From Acinetobacter wanghuae (GTDB taxonomy: Bacteria; Pseudomonadota; Gammaproteobacteria; Pseudomonadales; Moraxellaceae): a stretch of DNA of 32,000 bases. The position numbers and the translations under genes were made by a program. The DNA lies in contig NZ_CP045650.1 in assembly GCF_009557235.1 (NCBI RefSeq), positions 2,370,001 to 2,402,000 on the forward strand. Reading direction: 5' to 3'. Shown one piece after another: positions 25,842 through 32,000 of this stretch; positions within the stretch are counted from its first letter, which is position 1; each line of letters starts with the position of its first letter. The notes under the pieces are model-generated. The model searched no databases. It was given only the letters and a program-made list of their open reading frames with translations, and was not told the DNA's origin.

Positions 25842-27215
25842 TTAAATCGTCATCGAAAAAATCCGATTCTCAGGCTTGTTTCGCTTTAACCTTAAATCAA
25901 ATGCCATACAAATATTGCGAATAAAGGGACGACCTGCCTCCAAAATCGTGACCGACGAGTCTTCAATTTTGATCAACCTATCCTGCTGCATTTCTTTTAA
26001 TTGTGCCAAAACAGCATCAATCTCATTAAATTGCATGTCGGATTCTGTCCACGAAGTTGTAAAGGTGCACATCAGATTTAAAATGTGCTGACGAATGATT
26101 AAATCTTCCTGATTTAAAATATGCCCTTTAAAAACTGGGATCTGATTTTGTTCGAGTAAATCGTAATACCCATCAAGCGTTTTAACGTTTTGCGCAAAGC
26201 TATACCAACTATCACTAATCGATGAAATTCCGAGTCCAATCATGACTTGAGTTTTTGATGCCGTATAGCCCATAAAATTACGATGCAAACGACCTGCCTG
26301 AAATGAGTGATACATACTATCTTCTGCTAAGGCAAAATGATCCATACCAATTTCATGGTAGCCATACTCAAGTAGTTTCTTTTTTCCTGCTTCATAGCAC
26401 TGACGTTTGATGTCATCTTTCGGCACATCCGTATCTTTAAAACCACGTTGCCCATTGCCTTTAATCCAAGGCACATGCGCGTAGCTATATAACGCCAAAC
26501 GATCAGGTGACAATGAATGTGTGTGCTCAATGGTATTCAGCACATCATCCAGCGTTTGAAAAGGCAAACCAAAGACCAAATCATGCGAGATAGAGGTATA
26601 GCCAATTTCACGTGCCCATTCGGTGACATTTTTCACATTTTCATAAGGTTGAATGCGATGAATGGCTTTTTGCACCGTTTCGTTATAGTCCTGTACGCCA
26701 TAACTCACACGACGGAAACCAACATCGTACAACGCCTTTAAATGTTGCCGTGTGGTGTTATTGGGATGACCTTCAAAACTAAATTCATATTCAGGCGCAA
26801 TCTCAGCTTTTGCCAGAATGCCTTGAATCAATTGAGTTAAATGTTCAGGACGAAAGAAGGTTGGCGTTCCCCCACCCAAATGAATTTCTTTAATCATCGG
26901 TTTTTGAACCAATAATTGGCAATATAAATCCCATTCTTTAAGCAGTGCCTTTATATAAGGCTGTTCCATTTCATGCTTTTTGGTGACACGTTTATGACAG
27001 CCGCAAAAAGTACAAAGACTTTCACAAAATGGCAAATGAATATAAAGACTGATGCCCTCGCTTTGATTCGACTCAAGAAAGGATTGTTTTAAGGTCTGCT
27101 GCCATTGCTCAACTGAAAAATGTTCGTTTTCCCAATAAGGTACTGTCGGATAACTCGTGTAGCGTGGACCCGGTACATTATATTTTTGAATCAGTGAACT
27201 GACTTGCATAGACAT
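25842..27215 (-). CDS. hemN: Oxygen-independent coproporphyrinogen III oxidase (radical SAM)
   Basis: It has IQKYNVPGPRYTSYPT, the radical-SAM CxxxCxxC motif (CESLCTFCGC) and GGGTPTF. Confidence 0.92.
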   Translation of the reverse strand: MSMQVSSLIQKYNVPGPRYTSYPTVPYWENEHFSVEQWQQTLKQSFLESNQSEGISLYIHLPFCESLCTFCGCHKRVTKKHEMEQPYIKALLKEWDLYCQLLVQKPMIKEIHLGGGTPTFFRPEHLTQLIQGILAKAEIAPEYEFSFEGHPNNTTRQHLKALYDVGFRRVSYGVQDYNETVQKAIHRIQPYENVKNVTEWAREIGYTSISHDLVFGLPFQTLDDVLNTIEHTHSLSPDRLALYSYAHVPWIKGNGQRGFKDTDVPKDDIKRQCYEAGKKKLLEYGYHEIGMDHFALAEDSMYHSFQAGRLHRNFMGYTASKTQVMIGLGISSISDSWYSFAQNVKTLDGYYDLLEQNQIPVFKGHILNQEDLIIRQHILNLMCTFTTSWTESDMQFNEIDAVLAQLKEMQQDRLIKIEDSSVTILEAGRPFIRNICMAFDLRLKRNKPENRIFSMTI

Positions 27216-27335
27216 GCGACACGCACCTCAATTGGAACCGTTTTGCTCAATTCTTTGAGCGCTTAAGGGTATTGTGATAAGCCTCCATGAATATTTCAAC
27301 CGAGTAAAATAGTTGGGTTTACAGACGATTTCGTT

Positions 27336-27349
27336 ATGATTAAAATCAA
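27336..27349. promoter_or_regulatory. Candidate FNR/Anr-type box
   Basis: ATGAT-TAAA-ATCAA matches TTGAT-N4-ATCAA at 9 of 10 positions. Its centre is about 127 nt upstream of the hemN ATG and about 112 nt upstream of the hemF ATG. Confidence 0.4.
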
Positions 27350-27424
27350 TCTCTAAGATTTCCCTCAATCCTTGGTCTTTAGAAATACGACTTAATTTTT
27401 AATTGATTTTATGGTTTGATGTAG

Positions 27425-28399
<975 letters not shown>

Positions 28400-28404
28400 A
28401 AACC

Positions 28405-28434
28405 AAACCCACAGATAAAAATGTGGGTTTTTTA
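28405..28434 (+). terminator. Rho-independent terminator after hemF
   Basis: AAACCCACA-GATAAAAA-TGTGGGTTT is followed by a T-run. Confidence 0.8.
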
Positions 28435-28565
28435 TTAAATATCTCTACATTGTTCACATTTTTATTGCATACTGTTTTGGCAATAGATGTCAGATTTTTA
28501 AATCACGCTTGTTATGAAATCAATCTGTCCATTTAATTGACGCAAGCATGAATTAGGACAACTAT

Positions 28566-28772
28566 ATGAATAATCAAAAAATTTCGACCCGCCATATTTT
28601 ATTTTGGACACTCTCGATCACACTTTTAAGTTCAATCAGTACCGTTGTATTTAGTGAAACACTCTTTAATGATGGTCTGGGTACTTTAGTCATTGTAGCA
28701 AGTTCAATTGGCTTATTCACCTACGGTGCATTACGTCTTTTTGAAGGCGTGAATAACATTTGTAATCCATAA
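28566..28772 (+). CDS. Hypothetical small membrane protein (68 aa, two predicted TM helices)
   Basis: An AGGA lies 8 nt upstream of the ATG. There are two hydrophobic stretches (ILFWTLSITLLSSISTVVF and LGTLVIVASSIGLFTYGAL). I recognise no family. Confidence 0.45.
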   Translation: MNNQKISTRHILFWTLSITLLSSISTVVFSETLFNDGLGTLVIVASSIGLFTYGALRLFEGVNNICNP

Positions 28773-28862
28773 ATCAAATTAAAACGAATAGACATCAAGG
28801 CTTTAGCCCCTTTTAAATTTCACGTATAGTGTTGCCAAAATTTCAGCAATCGGATCTCAGTT

Positions 28863-29651
28863 ATGAGCAAGCAATTCGCAGTCATTGGTAACCCTATCGA
28901 GCAGTCTCGCTCACCTGAATTACATCACGCTTTTGCCGCAAAAACTGGGATCGATCTCTGCTACAGCAAACGTCTTGCAGCCCTTGATGGTTTTAGCGAG
29001 AGTGTTGAGCGCTTCTTTGCTGAAGGTGGCATCGGCATGAATGTCACTGTGCCCTTCAAAGAACAAGCTTTTTCCCAATGTGCTGTTTTAACTGAACGCG
29101 CACAAATTGCCAAAGCAGTGAATACGCTATGGATGGAAAATGGCGTTCTGCATGGCGACAATACTGATGGACAAGGCTTGGTTGATGCTATTCATGCCTT
29201 GGATTGGAATTTAGAAAATACAGACATTCTGATTATAGGTGCAGGTGGTGCAACTCGCGGTGTGATTTATCCATTGGTCAAAGCGGGTGCAAAAAAAATC
29301 GTGATTGCCAATCGCACCCTTGCTCGTGCTGAGCAATTGGTAAGCGACTTAAAAGAAGCCGTGCATGAGGCAGAATTATCTGCAATCGCATTAGAGCAAC
29401 TCGAAGGTCAATTCGATTTCGTTATTAATGCAACCTCAGCAAGTTTAACGGGCGATACGTTGATTCTTCCTGAAACTTTGCAATTTAAACATGCTTATGA
29501 AATGGCATATGGCAAACCATCAAGCTTTTTAGAGCAAGCCAAAGCGCGCGGTGTCCCGACTGCTGAAGGTTATGGCATGTTGGTCGGTCAAGCGATTAAA
29601 TCTTTTTCCATCTGGAATGGTGTAAAACCTAACTTAAAAGACTTTTTATAA
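28863..29651 (+). CDS. aroE: Shikimate dehydrogenase
   Basis: It has FAVIGNPIEQSRSP, NVTVPFK and GAGGATRG, and the typical length of about 262 aa. Confidence 0.92.
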   Translation: MSKQFAVIGNPIEQSRSPELHHAFAAKTGIDLCYSKRLAALDGFSESVERFFAEGGIGMNVTVPFKEQAFSQCAVLTERAQIAKAVNTLWMENGVLHGDNTDGQGLVDAIHALDWNLENTDILIIGAGGATRGVIYPLVKAGAKKIVIANRTLARAEQLVSDLKEAVHEAELSAIALEQLEGQFDFVINATSASLTGDTLILPETLQFKHAYEMAYGKPSSFLEQAKARGVPTAEGYGMLVGQAIKSFSIWNGVKPNLKDFL

Positions 29652-30062
29652 CTCTTAGACCGACGCTTAAAAATTTTTAAAACGTTTGCTCAAGGTGTTC
29701 CTAAACAACGCTTTGAGCAAGATTAGGCATTATTCTTCTGAAAAATAGGTGTCTAAATTGGTTTTTATGACATTTTATTTCCGATGAATGGAACGACTAT
29801 TATTTTGTTATCTCAACCTTTTAGTAAAATCTTTACTCCGTTAAAATTCCTATCAATTTAAAATAGATCAATATCTTACAAAAATCTGATATACATAACC
29901 GTATATCCTCTTAGAATCATAAATCTAATCATCATCCAATCCAATCATTCGCTTTTCTGACATTTTTATTTGCATACCTTATCAATGTTTTTTACAGCGC
30001 AATGTGAATAATCAAAGAATCGATACAGATAATCCATTACTATTTTAATTAGGATTAAACGC

Positions 30063-31886
30063 ATGCCAGCTTATAAAGCCCCTTTACACGATATTCGCTT
30101 CTTAATGAACGAAGTGCTTGATTATCCTGCTCACTACCAAAAATTATCGAACGGTGAAAATGCCGACACCGATACGGTTAATATGATTTTAGAAGGTGCA
30201 GCAGATTTCTGTGAAAATGTGATCTCTCCTTTAAACCAATCAGGTGATGAAGAAGGCTGTCATTTTAAAGATGGCGAAGTCACTACACCAAAAGGCTTTA
30301 AAGAAGCCTACGATCAATTCGTACAAGGCGGTTGGCAAGGTTTGTCTTATCCTGAAGAATTCGGTGGGCAAGGCTTACCGATGTCACTTAACTTAATTAA
30401 ATCAGAGATGATGGGAACGGCAAACTGGTCGTTTACCATGTATCCTGGGTTGAGCATGGGTTGTATCAATACCATTTTACAGTTTGGTACTGAACAACAA
30501 AAAAATCTTTATTTACCACCGCTTATTGCAGGCACGTGGTCAGGCACGATGTGTTTGACAGAACCACAATGCGGTACCGATTTGGGTCAGGTTAAATCGA
30601 AAGCTGAACCCAATGAAGATGGCACGTACTCCATTTCAGGCACAAAAATCTTCATCTCTGCAGGTGAACATGATTTAACTGAAAATATTATTCATATTGT
30701 ACTGGCACGTCTTCCAGATGCACCTGCCGGTACACGTGGTATTTCATTATTCATCGTACCGAAATTCGTTGCCAATGCAGATGGCAGCATTGCAGAACGC
30801 AACCCTGTGACATGTGGTTCAATTGAACATAAAATGGGGATCCGTGCATCTGCGACAGCTGTACTTAACTTTGACAATGCGAAGGGCTACCTGATTGGCG
30901 AAAAAAACAAAGGTTTACACGCGATGTTTACCTTTATGAATACCGCACGTATTGGTACAGCGGTGCAAGGTATTGCACACGCAGAACTTTCATTCCAAGG
31001 TGCGCTACCTTATGCCAAAGAACGTATGTCAATGCGTGCGTTATCTGGCAAAAAAGAACCTGAGAAAGTAGCTGATTCGATTATTCATCATGCTGACGTA
31101 CGCCGTATGTTGCTCACGCAAAAATCGATTGCTGAAGGTGGCCGTGCCATGATTTATCATGCTGCACAAATTGCCGATAAAATGAATGACGCGCTCCTTT
31201 TAGGTGATACCGCATCATTTGAAAAACATGATGATCATCTTGGATTCTACACACCAATTTTGAAAGGTTTCTTAACTGAAATGGGTTATGAAGCTGCAAA
31301 TCATGGGATGCAAGTCTTTGGTGGGCATGGCTACATTAAAGAATGGGGCATGGAGCAAATTGTACGTGATTCACGTATCTCTACCCTTTATGAAGGCACA
31401 ACAGGTGTCCAAGCCCTTGATTTGATGGGTCGTAAAGTACTGCTGACCTCAAAAGGTAAAGTGATTCGTGACTATACGGCTGAGATTTTGAAATTCTGTG
31501 GTCAACATGCGCGTAACAAATATATGCGCCGTTTTGCATGGGACTTAACCAAATTATGTGCACAGTGGAATGCCTTGACTGTTCGCATCATGCTGACTGC
31601 GCGTAAAGATCGCGATGTGGTTTCTTCAGCATCAGTTGATTTCTTAATGTTCTCAGGCTACGTCATGATGGCTTACTTCTGGGCGCAACAAGCAGCAGTC
31701 GCTTCTGCGAAATTAGCATCGGGTGATGGCGCAGAAGTTCCTGAGTTCTATAAAGCTAAAATTAAAACTGCTGATTTCTACTTCGAACGTCTATTGCCAC
31801 GTACTCAAGGTCATGCCGAAGCCATGGTAAACCCATCAAAAACGATGACCTCATTGGCTGCCGAGCATTTTAGCTTTGATTACTAA
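30063..31886 (+). CDS. Large (about 600 aa) acyl-CoA dehydrogenase, FadE-like, with a C-terminal extension domain
   Basis: It has the ACAD N, middle and C domains (CLTEPQCGTDLG, GISLFIVPK, YEGTTGVQALDL) followed by an extension of about 150 aa. Confidence 0.85.
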   Translation: MPAYKAPLHDIRFLMNEVLDYPAHYQKLSNGENADTDTVNMILEGAADFCENVISPLNQSGDEEGCHFKDGEVTTPKGFKEAYDQFVQGGWQGLSYPEEFGGQGLPMSLNLIKSEMMGTANWSFTMYPGLSMGCINTILQFGTEQQKNLYLPPLIAGTWSGTMCLTEPQCGTDLGQVKSKAEPNEDGTYSISGTKIFISAGEHDLTENIIHIVLARLPDAPAGTRGISLFIVPKFVANADGSIAERNPVTCGSIEHKMGIRASATAVLNFDNAKGYLIGEKNKGLHAMFTFMNTARIGTAVQGIAHAELSFQGALPYAKERMSMRALSGKKEPEKVADSIIHHADVRRMLLTQKSIAEGGRAMIYHAAQIADKMNDALLLGDTASFEKHDDHLGFYTPILKGFLTEMGYEAANHGMQVFGGHGYIKEWGMEQIVRDSRISTLYEGTTGVQALDLMGRKVLLTSKGKVIRDYTAEILKFCGQHARNKYMRRFAWDLTKLCAQWNALTVRIMLTARKDRDVVSSASVDFLMFSGYVMMAYFWAQQAAVASAKLASGDGAEVPEFYKAKIKTADFYFERLLPRTQGHAEAMVNPSKTMTSLAAEHFSFDY

Positions 31887-31902
31887 GACTATTTTTTAAT
31901 CT

Positions 31903-31931
31903 AAAAAAGGGCGCTTCGGCGCTCTTTTTTT
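31903..31931 (+). terminator. Rho-independent terminator after the acyl-CoA dehydrogenase gene
   Basis: AAAAAAGGGCGC-TTCG-GCGCTCTTTTTTT. Confidence 0.8.
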
Positions 31932-32000
31932 GCGTCCGAAATTATTTATTTACATTTAATTCTATTTATAAAAAGTCTTAAAATTCAAAAATATAATCGC

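Overview
The window looks like a core chromosomal segment of an Acinetobacter-type gammaproteobacterium. This call rests on the moderately AT-rich sequence, the gene content and my recollection of A. baumannii MlaF, Dxs and RibA N-termini; no search was run. I call 29 protein-coding genes, nearly all recognisable housekeeping functions. In order they are: a partial DUF853/YjgR-type ATPase, an NsrR-controlled globin plus nsrR, engB, a PF10118-like predicted metal-dependent hydrolase, a DAACS symporter, tesB, plsB, an SDR/epimerase-like protein, recG, comF, a Nudix hydrolase, a LOG-family protein, corA, the mlaFEDCB operon, a DEAD-box helicase (rhlE-like), suhB, dxs, ribA, divergent hemN/hemF, aroE and a large acyl-CoA dehydrogenase. 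I see no rRNA, tRNA, CRISPR array, transposase, integrase, phage gene or recognisable defence or toxin module, and I cannot support a novel multi-gene system here. The points worth a second look are smaller. (1) A flavohemoglobin-like gene ends after a degenerate FAD barrel, lacks an NAD(P)H domain, and sits behind a perfect 23-bp NsrR-type palindrome. (2) An ORF of 44 codons, absent from the ORF track, encodes a signal-peptide-bearing Cys/His-rich peptide with its own terminator. (3) The DEAD-box helicase has a C-terminal tail of about 250 aa, with an RGG box and near-identical 84-bp in-frame tandem repeats, and a long structured upstream leader. (4) Three related CT/GA-rich double-hairpin REP-like elements each lie between convergent genes. 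(5) An FNR/Anr-like box lies between hemN and hemF. Several ORF-track starts look over-extended (plsB, suhB, dxs, mlaF, the SDR gene), and I give corrected starts for them.
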